A DNA stretch of 61,057 bases, filler included. It is 9 parts of 9 records of this genome, joined end to end, with 100 filler letters (N's around TTAATTAATTAA, not from the genome) between each part and the next. Parts side by side here need not be neighbours in the genome. Positions count along the whole stretch, not along the records: positions 16,301 to 24,328 come from SRR31147125_64755; positions 24,429 to 30,191 come from SRR31147125_64774; positions 30,292 to 35,429 come from SRR31147125_64787; 6 more parts are not named here. The stretch is one strand, 5' to 3'. Positions 21,292 through 31,030 of the stretch are shown in pieces; position 1 is the stretch's first letter, and every line of letters starts with the position of its first letter. A program made the position numbers and the translations under genes. Below the pieces are notes generated by a model. It had not been told where the DNA came from and ran no database searches. It was given only the letters and a program-made list of their open reading frames with translations.

Positions 21292-22317
21292 ATGAAACGG
21301 CTTTTTGCGATTATACTTGCTATATTGATGATTTTTGTTTTGTCAGCATGTTCAGGACAGAACGCTGACGATACTGTGCAGATACCAGACACGACTGACC
21401 TGGCAACGCAGGAGCAGACTCAGTCTGTTGAAATTGACGATGTAGCAGCACAGATAAAAATCGGGTTCAGCCTTGCAGGCGACAACAGTTTTAATCAGCA
21501 GCTTATAAAGGATATCCAAGCGGAATGCTCGGAGCTAGACTATGAGCCGGTTATAAACACAGCACTTACGGCAGAAGAGCAAAACAGCCAGCTGTATGAT
21601 ATGATCACCGCCGGAGTATCTGTAGTAGTGCTTGACCCGGTCGATGTAGACGAGCTGGAAACAGTGCTTGCAGAGTATGAGACGCACGATATACCTGTCG
21701 TCAACATAATAGAATCGATAAACGGCATTGTCAGCACTCTTATAACGCCGGATTATATGGCAATAGGCCAGAGCGCCGGACGTGATGCGGTAGAGCTTTA
21801 TGGCGCAACCGGAGCGCAGTGTCTTTTGATAAAAACGAGCTATGACAGCTTTTCGATGCAGCTTATGACAGATGGGTTTCTTGAAGAAATCAGCAAAGAT
21901 AAAGACGTTACGCTTGTCGGCGAAGAGTACTGCGGCAGCGATGAAGAAAAGGCTTACGAGACTGCGAAAACAGCGATCCAGGGCGGTGAAGTAGACTTTA
22001 TATTTGCGCAAAGCGATACTCTTGCGCTTGGTGCGCTAAGGGCGATAAATGAACTTGGAAGTGAAATAACCCTGGTAGCTTTCGGAGCGGATATGGAGCT
22101 GGTTAAAGCCACTGTTGACGGCACTGTCCACTCCTGTATATTCTTCGGGCCAAAAACTGCAGCGGAAGAGTCTATTTATATAGCCGACAGGTTTGTAAAT
22201 AACCCTGCCTTTATGCCGCAGCAGTATATAGAGCTTAGGATAGAGGCGGCGCAGGGCGGCGATGCATCGCAGTACTATAATGAAGACGATATATATGCCC
22301 AGACAATCGGTGAATAA
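21292..22317 (+). CDS. Sugar ABC substrate-binding lipoprotein (RbsB-like), orphan
   Basis: Lipobox LSAC, KIGFS, 'IFAQSDTLALGALRA', periplasmic binding protein type I pattern. Confidence 0.85.
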   Translation: MKRLFAIILAILMIFVLSACSGQNADDTVQIPDTTDLATQEQTQSVEIDDVAAQIKIGFSLAGDNSFNQQLIKDIQAECSELDYEPVINTALTAEEQNSQLYDMITAGVSVVVLDPVDVDELETVLAEYETHDIPVVNIIESINGIVSTLITPDYMAIGQSAGRDAVELYGATGAQCLLIKTSYDSFSMQLMTDGFLEEISKDKDVTLVGEEYCGSDEEKAYETAKTAIQGGEVDFIFAQSDTLALGALRAINELGSEITLVAFGADMELVKATVDGTVHSCIFFGPKTAAEESIYIADRFVNNPAFMPQQYIELRIEAAQGGDASQYYNEDDIYAQTIGE

Positions 22318-22342
22318 ATAACATAACGATAAAGACTTTTAT

Positions 22343-22365
22343 AAGAGCCCGAGGGCTCTTTTTTT
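22343..22365 (+). terminator. Intrinsic terminator
   Basis: AAGAGCCC-GA-GGGCTCTT plus T tract. Confidence 0.85.
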
Positions 22366-22397
22366 GTACGGCAAAAAGACCTGATTATTCATAATGT

Positions 22398-22436
22398 TTC
22401 GCCAATGTTAGCATTTCTGCTTTGCGCAGTTCTACA
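22398..22436. promoter_or_regulatory. Putative Spo0A boxes of the spoIIG promoter
   Basis: TTCGCCA (22398-22404; reverse complement TGGCGAA fits TGNCGAA) and TTCTACA (22430-22436; one mismatch) upstream of spoIIGA, an established Spo0A target. Confidence 0.55.
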
Positions 22437-22497
22437 ATATATTTTGTAACAGTAATAATATAATAGACACCATCAAAAGAGAAGGTGCTTTTTAGCG

Positions 22498-23456
22498 GTG
22501 AATACGGTCTATATTGAACTCGTTTTTATTGATAATTTAATGCTGAATTTCCTATGCCTGATGTTTGCTTCCGTACTTACAAAGTCGCCTAAAAAGATAC
22601 TTCGTTTTTTGGGGGGCGGGGCGATTGGGTCAGTTTACGCATGTCTAGCTTTTTCTCTTAATAGTTTCGTCGTGTCTTTGCTTATGAAGATTGCAATAGG
22701 TTTGATAATGTGTCTTGCAGCGTTTGCAGGCAGCCTGGGATTTTTCAAAAATACTGCAGCTTTTTTTATGACTTCGTTTGTGTTTGCAGGCTGTATGTAT
22801 GCGCTTAGGGAGAGCTTTATCACAGAATACGGGACTTTTCCCGCATCTGCGAGGGCGGTCGCCGTGGGGGTGTGCATTGCCAGTGTGCTGATAATCATAA
22901 TGAGCAGGGTACGCAAAAAGCGCTCGACAGGCACAGCCTGACTTATGATATGGAGATTATATATAAAGACAGGAGTGTTTCTGTAAAAGCATACTATGAC
23001 ACCGGAAATATGCTTATAGAGCCGCTTTCAGGCTGCGGAGTGATATTCGTAGAAAAGACAGTCGCAGATAAGCTATTCAGCGAAGATGAGCTTGCGCTGC
23101 TTGACAGTACGTGTGACTTACAGTCGGAAAGACTGCGCTTTCTGCCATGCAGCACAGCAGCAGGGCAAAGCATGTTTTTGGGGATGGAGATAGACAAAGC
23201 GTCGGCTTTCGGCAGGCATACAAAAGCAGTTGTTTGTATTGCAAAAGGCGATATAGCAGACGGCGCTCAGGCTATAGTTGGAAACAAAATAATGGATGAA
23301 CTTAAAGGAGGAGCACAGGATGATAAGAAAGTGGATACGCAAAATAGCAGCAGCAATTATACTGAGACTGAGGGCAGGTTACGCCGCAGATTACATAAAC
23401 GGCAGCGAAGCGCTTCCACCGCCGCTGTCCAAGAAGGAAGAAGAGATTCTGCTTGA
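22498..23456 (+). CDS. spoIIGA: Sigma-E processing aspartic peptidase SpoIIGA (homopolymer frameshift)
   Basis: '[15 protein letters not shown]', five TMs and catalytic 'YDTGN...EPLSG'. The two ORFs join if the A5 at 22915-22919 is A6. Lies upstream of sigE. Confidence 0.9.
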
Positions 23457-24030
23457 TAAACTTGCGGGAGGGGACAACAGCGTAAGGAGAACGCTCATAG
23501 AGCGCAATCTCAGACTGGTGGTTTATATTGCAAGAAAGTTCGAGAACACCGGAATCGGCATAGAAGACCTTGTGTCCATCGGCGCAATAGGGCTGATAAA
23601 AGCTGTGAACACGTTTGATGTATCCAAGAACATAAAACTGGCAACTTATGCGAGCAGATGTATAGAAAACGAAATACTTATGTACTTAAGAAGAAACTCC
23701 AGGAAGAAATATGAAGTGTCTTTTGATGAGCCGCTTAACGTAGACTGGGACGGCAACGAACTTTTGTTATCAGACATTCTTGGTACAGACCCGGACATAG
23801 TATATGCGGAGATCGAGGGCAGTGTAGAGAGAGACCTGATGAGAGAGTTCATAGGAAGACTTGACGAGCGAGAGAAGAAAATAATGCAGCTTAGGTTCGG
23901 GCTGCTTGGCGGTAAAGAGCAGACCCAGAAACAAGTTGCCGACTATCTTGGTATCTCCCAGTCGTATATATCGAGGCTGGAGAAAAGGATAATCAAACAG
24001 CTAAGAGTAGAAATCAGCAAAATCGTGTGA
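23320..24030 (+). CDS. sigE: Sporulation sigma factor pro-SigE
   Basis: Pro-sequence then [73 protein letters not shown] before ATG 23320. Confidence 0.98.
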   Translation: MIRKWIRKIAAAIILRLRAGYAADYINGSEALPPPLSKKEEEILLDKLAGGDNSVRRTLIERNLRLVVYIARKFENTGIGIEDLVSIGAIGLIKAVNTFDVSKNIKLATYASRCIENEILMYLRRNSRKKYEVSFDEPLNVDWDGNELLLSDILGTDPDIVYAEIEGSVERDLMREFIGRLDEREKKIMQLRFGLLGGKEQTQKQVADYLGISQSYISRLEKRIIKQLRVEISKIV

Positions 24031-24044
24031 GTTTAAAATTACTG

Positions 24045-24068
24045 AAGGGCGAAAAGCGCCCTTTTTTT
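24045..24068 (+). terminator. Intrinsic terminator after sigE
   Basis: AAGGGCG-AAAAG-CGCCCTT plus T tract. Confidence 0.85.
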
Positions 24069-24079
24069 ATACCAAAAAT

Positions 24080-24134
24080 TAATCTTGACAAGAATACTAG
24101 GTTATATTAATATAATCTTGACAAGAATACTAGG
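24080..24134 (+). promoter_or_regulatory. sigmaA promoter overlapped by two identical 22-bp operator-like repeats
   Basis: TAATCTTGACAAGAATACTAGG at 24080-24101 and 24113-24134; TTGACA (24085)-17 bp-TAATAT (24108). Confidence 0.8.
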
Positions 24135-24177
24135 AAATAAAAATCTTAGATTCTTGAGCTAAAGGAGGAACTCCGTT

Positions 24178-24328
24178 TTGATTATTTCGACAAAGGGAAG
24201 ATACGGGCTGCGTGCAATGTTCGAGCTGGCAAAAAGCTACGGTCAGGGCACTATAAGCATTAAACAGATAGCAGACCTGCAGGGGCTGAGCGAACAGTAT
24301 CTGGAACAGATATTTTCCAAGCTCAAAA
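24178..24328 (+). CDS. Rrf2-family regulator (IscR/CymR-like), 3' truncated
   Basis: ISTKGRYGLRAM...ISIKQIA...LSEQYLEQIFSKLK; AAGGAGG RBS, TTG start. Confidence 0.93.
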
Positions 24329-24428
24329 NNNNNNNNNNNNNNNNNNNNNNNNNNNNNNNNNNNNNNNNNNNNTTAATTAATTAANNNNNNNNNNNNNNNN
24401 NNNNNNNNNNNNNNNNNNNNNNNNNNNN
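24329..24428. other. Artificial contig spacer
   Basis: N44-TTAATTAATTAA-N44. Confidence 0.99.
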
Positions 24429-26120
24429 GAATTCACAACGTCCACAAGTGATTATTTCAGAGGTGGCGGAAAGATGCTGTGGTGGATGGTGGGTGCAACC
24501 GCCTTCATGACACAGTTCTCGGCCTGGACCTTTACCGGAGCTGCAGGGCGGGCATTTAACGACGGCTTCGTGATTGTGATCCTGTTCCTGGCCAACGCTT
24601 TCGGTTATTTCATGAATTATCTGTATTTCGCACCCAAGTTCCGACAACTGCGTGTCGTCACTGGAATCGACGCTATCCGGAAGCGTTTCGGGCGAACGTC
24701 GGAACAGGTTTTCACTTGGGCGGGTATGCCTGAAAGCATGGTATCAGCTGGAATATGGCTGAACGGTCTTGCCATTTTCGTGGCGGCTGTATTCAACATC
24801 CCCATGGAAGCAACCATTGTGGTCACCGGCCTGGTACTGATGCTCATGGCGGTAACCGGCGGCTCCTGGGCTGTTGTCGCCTCCGACTTTATGCAGATGC
24901 TTATTATCATGGCGGTCACCATCACTTGTGCCGTTGCCGCTTACTTCAAAGGCGGAGGGTTAGTCAACATCGTGTCCAAATTCGATGGTGATTTCTTTAT
25001 GGGAAACAACCTCAACTATGTCAGCATCTTCTTTCTATGGGTCATCTTCATTTTCGTCAAGCAATTTGGCATGATGAATAACAGCATCAACGCGTACCGC
25101 TACCTGTGTGCAAAAGACAGTCAAAACGCCCGTCGGGCGGCAGGTCTGGCCTGTATCCTGATGATCGTCGGACCCCTGATCTGGTTCCTGCCTCCCTGGT
25201 ACGTCAATGCCTTCCTGCCGGAGTTCGCCGAGCAATTTGTTGCCATGAGTAACCAGGCCGGCGATGAAGCCTACCTGGCATTTGTTCAGCATGTAATGCC
25301 CGCGGGAATGGTCGGTCTTCTGCTGTCCGCCATGTTTGCCGCCACCATGTCGTCGATGGATTCCGGCCTAAACCGCAACGCTGGCATCTTTGTCTGCAAC
25401 TTCTACACGCCGGTTCTCAGACCCAAGGCCACCCAGAAAGAGTTGGTGATTGTCAGCAAACTGGTGACGGTCATAATGGGGCTGGTTATCGTCAGTATCG
25501 GATTGTTCATCAACTCCCTCCGGCACTTGAGTCTCTTCGATATCCTTCTCAACGTCAGCGCCCTATTGGGATTTCCTATACTCATCCCTGTTCTCCTGGG
25601 GATGTGGATTCGTAAAACGCCCGATTGGGCGGGTTGGGCCACTCTCGCGGTCGGCGGACTCGTTTCGTTTCTCGTCAGTGTCGGTGTACAGGCACAGACC
25701 ATCGAGACTCTGTTCAGTCTGGATCAGCCTCTCACAGTCCGGGAATGGGCCGACTTGAAGGTTGTGCTGAGCCTGGCGGCTCATGTCATCTTTACCGGCG
25801 GGTTTTTCCTGATCACCACACGCTTCTATGACGGCTTGGGTCCCGAGCGGGAGAAGGAAGTTGAAGAGCTGTTTAGAGACTGGAATACGCCTGTGATTGC
25901 TGAAAGTGAAGAACAACAGAACCTGGATACCAGGCAGCGTTCGATGCTCGGAAAGCTCATCAGTACTGCGGGATTCGGGATTTTGGCCATGGCTCTGATT
26001 CCAAACGAAATCCAAGGCCGTATGCTCTTCCTGCTCTGCGGTTCCATAGTCCTGGCCGTGGGTATTTTATTGGTGAATGCCTCACGTGGGCCAAGGAAGA
26101 GCGCGGTGAAAGAAAGATAA
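24429..26120 (+). CDS. Sodium:solute symporter, Vibrio ToaA-like (oligoalginate/uronate), 5' truncated
   Basis: DYFRGGGKMLWWMVGATAFMTQFSAWTFTGAAG, 'AATMSSMDSGLN', many TMs; resembles Vibrio alginate-locus symporters as I recall them. Confidence 0.88.
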   Translation, partial: EFTTSTSDYFRGGGKMLWWMVGATAFMTQFSAWTFTGAAGRAFNDGFVIVILFLANAFGYFMNYLYFAPKFRQLRVVTGIDAIRKRFGRTSEQVFTWAGMPESMVSAGIWLNGLAIFVAAVFNIPMEATIVVTGLVLMLMAVTGGSWAVVASDFMQMLIIMAVTITCAVAAYFKGGGLVNIVSKFDGDFFMGNNLNYVSIFFLWVIFIFVKQFGMMNNSINAYRYLCAKDSQNARRAAGLACILMIVGPLIWFLPPWYVNAFLPEFAEQFVAMSNQAGDEAYLAFVQHVMPAGMVGLLLSAMFAATMSSMDSGLNRNAGIFVCNFYTPVLRPKATQKELVIVSKLVTVIMGLVIVSIGLFINSLRHLSLFDILLNVSALLGFPILIPVLLGMWIRKTPDWAGWATLAVGGLVSFLVSVGVQAQTIETLFSLDQPLTVREWADLKVVLSLAAHVIFTGGFFLITTRFYDGLGPEREKEVEELFRDWNTPVIAESEEQQNLDTRQRSMLGKLISTAGFGILAMALIPNEIQGRMLFLLCGSIVLAVGILLVNASRGPRKSAVKER

Positions 26121-26216
26121 CCTGCTTTTTTTCGGCATGATCAATATTACCGAAAACCGATCCTGTTACGGTGTAACGGTAAACGTAAACAGGACTGTCC
26201 TCGAGAGGGGTTCCCG

Positions 26217-27119
26217 CTACGACCCGAAACTCAGATCCGTCCCGCGGATCATCTTCCTGAATTCACTGGGCGTGTAGTTTGAGACTCGTTTCATTACCGT
26301 GCAGAAATAGTTACTCGAGGAGAAGCCCGAATCAAGTGCGATCCGGGTGATCGAATGGTCGGTGTTTGTCAGCAGTTTCTTGGCATGCTCGAGTTTCCTG
26401 AAGGTGATGAAATTGGCCGGTGTGATCCCGATTTCCTCCTTGAATTTCATCTTGAACCGGGACAGCGAATAGCCTGAGATGTCGGCCAGGTCCTGGAGGT
26501 GCAGTTCATCCTGGAAATGCCGATCGATGTGGTCCAGTACCCTGCTGAAGAAACTGTTGTCCGATTCCGGTTCCTCTTCGGACACTTCTTCGAAATCGGG
26601 AATCATAAACAGAAAACAGCTGAGGTACTGAACTCCCAGGTGGATTTTCTCCGGCTCGTCCGACCCGATGCAGTCGAAGGAGGTTTTCAACAGCTGGGTC
26701 TCCGTGGAGGTAAAGCGAAGATGCCGTTTTTTCATGGATGTGAGGATGGAGTATAGGGCCCGGCTGTATTCCTTGTTGAGTCCGAGCAGCCCGGTCGGCT
26801 TCTTCAGATTCACCTGGAATCCGTAGAAAGAGCTCGGATTCTGGAGGAGCCGGGTGCTTCCGTGCGGCTCGAATGGAAAGGTGGTGAACATCTCATTTCC
26901 CTTCAGGGAAAAGGTGCGGTTATTCACGTTGCAGTATCGCTTTCCCTTGATAAGACAGTGGAACTCGACAATGTTGGAATGGAAGTGCACAGGTGTTGGC
27001 GGTACGGCGCTGGAGAAGTTCCAGTAGGCGAAATTGCCCAGGCCATCGATGCGGTGCACCTGATATGGAATCACCTTTTTGTTGTCTTCCCAGCAGTAAT
27101 TGTCGAATATTTCCAGCAT
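26217..27119 (-). CDS. AraC-family transcriptional regulator
   Basis: Cupin N-terminus (HFHSNIVEFH), C-terminal double HTH 'IALDSGFSSSNYF...TPSEFRK'. Confidence 0.95.
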   Translation of the reverse strand: MLEIFDNYCWEDNKKVIPYQVHRIDGLGNFAYWNFSSAVPPTPVHFHSNIVEFHCLIKGKRYCNVNNRTFSLKGNEMFTTFPFEPHGSTRLLQNPSSFYGFQVNLKKPTGLLGLNKEYSRALYSILTSMKKRHLRFTSTETQLLKTSFDCIGSDEPEKIHLGVQYLSCFLFMIPDFEEVSEEEPESDNSFFSRVLDHIDRHFQDELHLQDLADISGYSLSRFKMKFKEEIGITPANFITFRKLEHAKKLLTNTDHSITRIALDSGFSSSNYFCTVMKRVSNYTPSEFRKMIRGTDLSFGS

Positions 27120-27197
27120 TTCGGACCCCAATGTTTGAAATCGTATTAAATATTATATCGAATGTCGGGTGCTTTGGGACCGTTTAGATTGCCGTTA

Positions 27198-28133
27198 ATG
27201 GCAATAACGATTTCCGACGGTGTCTGGCCGGTGATGCTGACTCCGTATACCGAAGACAACAGAATTGACTACAGCGGCGTTGAACAGCTCCTTAACTGGT
27301 ATAGGGAGCAGGGAGTTGCCGGTGTGTTCGCCGTCTGCCAGTCTAGCGAGATGTTCCTCCTCAGCCGGAAGGAACGCCTGGACCTGGCGCGCTTCATCTG
27401 CGCCGAAGCTCCTGACGGCCTGGATATCATCGCATCCGGCCATGTCGCCGACTCGGTGGACGAGCAGGTGGAGGACGCCAAAAGGATCATCGATTTCGGG
27501 GTGAAGTCCTATGTGTTCATTTCCAACCGCTTCGCCGATGAGAATGCCGGCGAAGACGATGTGAAGCGGAGCATTGAAAATCTGATCAGCCGGGTGCCCT
27601 CCGACAGCTTCGGCATCTATGAATGCCCCTATCCCTACAAGCGTCTGCTGACCCCTGAACTGCTCAAGTGGTGTGCCGATACAGGACGATTCACGTTCCT
27701 GAAAGATACCTGCTGCAGCCTGGAACAACTCCGGAAGAAAGCCCTGGCGGTGGAAGGGACCCATCTGAAGATCTTCAATGCAAATGCCGCGACCCTGCTG
27801 GAGAGCCTGAAGCTGGGTATCTCCGGCTACAGCGGTGTGATGGCTAACTTCCATGCCGCGGCCTATGTCTGGCTCTGTGCCAACTACAGCACGAATCCGG
27901 CAGCCGCCACGCAGGTACAGGATCTGCTGGGCCTGGCGTCGCTCGTCGAATGCCAGGAGTATCCAGTGAACGCCAAATACCATCTGCAGCTGGATGGGTT
28001 GGATATCGGCATCGCCAGCCGGGTTCGTGATGCAGCGAACCTTACCGGCAGCCGGAAAATGGAAGTGGAACAGCTGCGGCATACAGTTCAGCTGTGCATG
28101 AACAATCTTGTTAAAAAGGCCGGTAAGGCCTGA
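27198..28133 (+). CDS. DHDPS/NAL-family aldolase or dehydratase
   Basis: GVWPVMLTPY, CQSSE, YECP, Schiff-base Lys in FLKDT. Confidence 0.92.
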   Translation: MAITISDGVWPVMLTPYTEDNRIDYSGVEQLLNWYREQGVAGVFAVCQSSEMFLLSRKERLDLARFICAEAPDGLDIIASGHVADSVDEQVEDAKRIIDFGVKSYVFISNRFADENAGEDDVKRSIENLISRVPSDSFGIYECPYPYKRLLTPELLKWCADTGRFTFLKDTCCSLEQLRKKALAVEGTHLKIFNANAATLLESLKLGISGYSGVMANFHAAAYVWLCANYSTNPAAATQVQDLLGLASLVECQEYPVNAKYHLQLDGLDIGIASRVRDAANLTGSRKMEVEQLRHTVQLCMNNLVKKAGKA

Positions 28134-28161
28134 TTTTTTCAGTTCGGATGGAGGTATCAGA

Positions 28162-29181
28162 ATGATGAAAAGGATGTTGACGTTATTCGCAGTGCTGGCA
28201 CTTGTTGCCGGTGCAGGATTTGCCAATGGCGGCGCTGAGTCGTCGGAATCGGGAGAGAAGCCGGTTGAGCTGATTTTCTCGTCGGTTTCAGTCTCGGGTG
28301 ACTCCCATACGGAAGCCATGTATGTGTTCGCTGACAAGGTGAAGGAACTCTCCGGCGGTTCGGTGATCTGCAAGGTCTATGACAACGCCACACTATTCAC
28401 TGCAGAAAACGAGTTCGACGCGCTTCTCAGCGGTGAGACGGACATGGCCTACATTTCCTTCCCGCAGATCGCCACCCAGATTCCCTCGTTCAGCATGTTC
28501 GGTTCGGGTTACTTCTTCAGTTCCTACGACCACATGACCTCGGTCCTAAATGGCAAGGTTGCCGAGGATGTCATCTGGCCGGAAGTGAAGGAAACCCTGG
28601 GCGTGCAGCCCCTCGGAAGCCTGTATCTCGGCAGCCGGGTGGTGAATACCAGGAACCGGGAAATCAACAACTATGCCGATATGGACGGTCTGCTTCTCCG
28701 TATGCCCGGGTCCGAAGCCTGGCTCTTCCTCGGTGAAGCTCTGGGTGCCAACCCCACTCCGCTGTCGTTCAGCGAGCTCTACACCGCTCTCCAGACCGGC
28801 GCTGTCGACGGCCAGGACAACCCGCTCCCGACTGTCCAGAAAGCCAAGTTCTACGAGGTCACCGAGTATCTCGCTATCACCAACCACGTCATCGATTCCA
28901 TCATGCCCTGCATGAACGGCGATACCTGGGCATCGCTGAGCGCCGACCAGCAGAAGGCGGTGCAGGAAGCCATGACTTTCGCCATCCAGTTCAATGATGA
29001 GGCCAGGATCGAAAGCGAAGCCAGCCTCGTGGATTTCTTCGAGGGAGAGGGCCTGACAGTCACCTATCCCGACATCGATGACTTCCGCTCCAACGTGCAG
29101 GCCGCCTATGAGGCCAACAATGAGATGACGTCCACCTGGGACATGGATCTTTACAAGGAAGTCCAGGACATGGCGAAGTAG
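28162..29181 (+). CDS. dctP: TRAP transporter substrate-binding protein
   Basis: Signal 'AGFANGGAE', LRMP, 'LGANPTPLSFSELYTALQTGAVDGQDNP'; GGAGG RBS. Confidence 0.95.
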   Translation: MMKRMLTLFAVLALVAGAGFANGGAESSESGEKPVELIFSSVSVSGDSHTEAMYVFADKVKELSGGSVICKVYDNATLFTAENEFDALLSGETDMAYISFPQIATQIPSFSMFGSGYFFSSYDHMTSVLNGKVAEDVIWPEVKETLGVQPLGSLYLGSRVVNTRNREINNYADMDGLLLRMPGSEAWLFLGEALGANPTPLSFSELYTALQTGAVDGQDNPLPTVQKAKFYEVTEYLAITNHVIDSIMPCMNGDTWASLSADQQKAVQEAMTFAIQFNDEARIESEASLVDFFEGEGLTVTYPDIDDFRSNVQAAYEANNEMTSTWDMDLYKEVQDMAK

Positions 29182-29207
29182 TTTTCTGCTGAACCGCGCC
29201 TTCTGAT

Positions 29208-29250
29208 ACACTCCCGGACAGTCGGGCTTCGTCCCGCGGTCCGGGAGTGT
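29208..29250 (+). other. Intercistronic stem-loop after dctP (mRNA stability/attenuation)
   Basis: ACACTCCCGGAC...GTCCGGGAGTGT, perfect 12-bp stem. Confidence 0.7.
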
Positions 29251-29296
29251 TCTCTTCAGTGAGGCACGTTAGGAATCATCAATCATCGGGGTAAGA

Positions 29297-29809
29297 ATGG
29301 ATACAGTGAGAAAAATAGGACGGGGGATCAGCTATTTCCTCGGAGTGGTCGTTCCGAACATCACGTTCGTCATCATTTTCATCACGTTCATGGTGACGAT
29401 CGTCTCCAGATACGTACTGAAGGCCCCTGTGGCCTGGAGCTATGAGATATGCATCCTGGCCTATATGTGGACCATGTTCTTCGGCGTCGGCAAGGCGATG
29501 GCGAGGGATGAACATGTGGTCTTCGGGCTGGTCTACGATCATGTCAGCCCCCGGACCCAGCTCGTCTTCAGGATTATTTCCAACAGCCTTCTGGTGGTGC
29601 TCCTGGGCGTCGTCTTTGTTCCCTCCATTCAGTCCCTGCTGTCGAAGCGAATGGTGACCGGTGTCCTGAAGTGGCCCTTCACCGTTGTGTTCGCCCCGAT
29701 TATCTACATGTTCGCCGAAATTATCGTCCGCAGCGCCGTTGATCTCTGGAAGTCCATCAGGGAGCTCAGATCCACCGGCGGTTCGGACACGGACGAGGTG
29801 GTGTCGTGA
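29297..29809 (+). CDS. dctQ: TRAP small permease
   Basis: Four TMs, 'SRYVL...WSYE', 'EHV'. Confidence 0.92.
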   Translation: MDTVRKIGRGISYFLGVVVPNITFVIIFITFMVTIVSRYVLKAPVAWSYEICILAYMWTMFFGVGKAMARDEHVVFGLVYDHVSPRTQLVFRIISNSLLVVLLGVVFVPSIQSLLSKRMVTGVLKWPFTVVFAPIIYMFAEIIVRSAVDLWKSIRELRSTGGSDTDEVVS

Positions 29810-30191
29810 GCATTGTCCTGATACTGTTCGCTGTACTCGCCCTCTGCTTCATTATCCGCATGCCGGTGTCGCTCTCCATGCTGGCTGCGTCCATCGCCTA
29901 CTTCATCCTCAGCGGAAGGAGCCTCGGGCAGGTGTTCTCGGTTACCACCGGCAACATGTTCTCCAACTACACCATGCTGGCGGCGCCGCTCTTCATCTTC
30001 ATGGCCAATGTCATGAACGAAGGCGAGGTGACCGACAAGCTCTTCAAGTTCTGCAACGGACTGTTCGGCAGGCTGCGGGGCGGCACCGCCCAGGTGAACG
30101 TTTTCGCTTCTCTGATCTTCTCGGGCATGACCGGGTCGGCCATCGCCGACGCTTCGGGCATCGGCCTGATGGAAATCGATCAGATGAAGAA
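29806..30191 (+). CDS. dctM: TRAP large permease, 3' truncated
   Basis: LAAPLFIFMANVMN, FSGMTGSAIADA. Confidence 0.95.
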
Positions 30192-30291
30192 NNNNNNNNN
30201 NNNNNNNNNNNNNNNNNNNNNNNNNNNNNNNNNNNTTAATTAATTAANNNNNNNNNNNNNNNNNNNNNNNNNNNNNNNNNNNNNNNNNNNN
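30192..30291. other. Artificial contig spacer
   Basis: N44-TTAATTAATTAA-N44. Confidence 0.99.
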
Positions 30292-30566
30292 TTTTTTTGT
30301 TGTTTAATAGTTTCACTATTATCCATTTCAGATGTGAAAGAGCCTTGATAGGATGTGTATTGGTTAAAACCAAGTATGATTCCACCAGCACAGTGAGATC
30401 CCAATACTAAAACTTCTTTCAATGGAAAATCTGTTGGATAATCGGATATTCCTAAAGTTCTTGGTTCTAAGAATATATTGTTCATCTCGTCAATAATAAT
30501 TTTTTTGATATCTCCTTGCTCCTTGGACAGTTTAGTGGGGCAGGATAAAAATACCGGTATATGCAT
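30292..30566 (-). CDS. TIR-like/nucleoside deoxyribosyltransferase-fold protein, 3' truncated
   Basis: IPVFLSCP...LEPRTLGISDYP...PLKEV...HCAGGIILGF: beta-alpha pattern like TIR/DUF4062 domains. Confidence 0.55.
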
Positions 30567-30751
30567 AAAAAAATTTCCTTTAGCCAAGAAATATGTTTTC
30601 TATTATGCTATGCTTTATAGATACTAAAGTCAACAAAAACATATATGAATGTGTATCCGCACTGTTTATTCCTAATATATGCCATATTTATTTGGATGAA
30701 GTGATAGTTAGTAGAGTGTATTTCATTTAGTACTCAGAATAGGAGTTATAA

Positions 30752-30912
30752 ATGAATGTGAAACAAATAATCATGACCAATGATAGTGTAAATAAATATG
30801 ATACTAAATTTGCTCCTGGAGCGTTATTAGGTTGTTTAAAGCTAAGTTGGGAGTATGAGTCCCTTCTTGTATTAGTCTTGACGCACATAAACTTTTCGCT
30901 TGGCTACACCAA
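30752..30912 (+). pseudogene. 5' fragment of a gene that runs into repeat copy 1
   Basis: AGGAG RBS and ATG (MNVKQIIMTNDSVNKYDTKF...); the reading frame meets the TGTACA boundary at 30913 and only continues through repeat sequence. Confidence 0.45.
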
Positions 30913-30995
30913 TGTACAATCCGCGAAAAATGAGAAAAAAATCCGGTGTTTTGTTAGTGATTTCCAGTGAAAAGTGAGAAGGTTTTTCGTGTTTT
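30911..30995 (+). repeat. 85-bp direct repeat copy 1, transposon-end-like (TGTACA start, internal repeated motif)
   Basis: Ungapped match to 32215-32299 with 11 mismatches in 85 (manual alignment); internal GAAAAATGAGAA and GAAAAGTGAGAA 44 bp apart. Confidence 0.9.
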
Positions 30996-31030
30996 TGTTT
31001 GTATAAATATGTTTTTTCGTGTTTGTTTCT

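Noticed and set aside
24080-24134. Mini CRISPR array
   Set aside because: Only two repeats with an 11-bp gap, overlapping a promoter, no cas genes.
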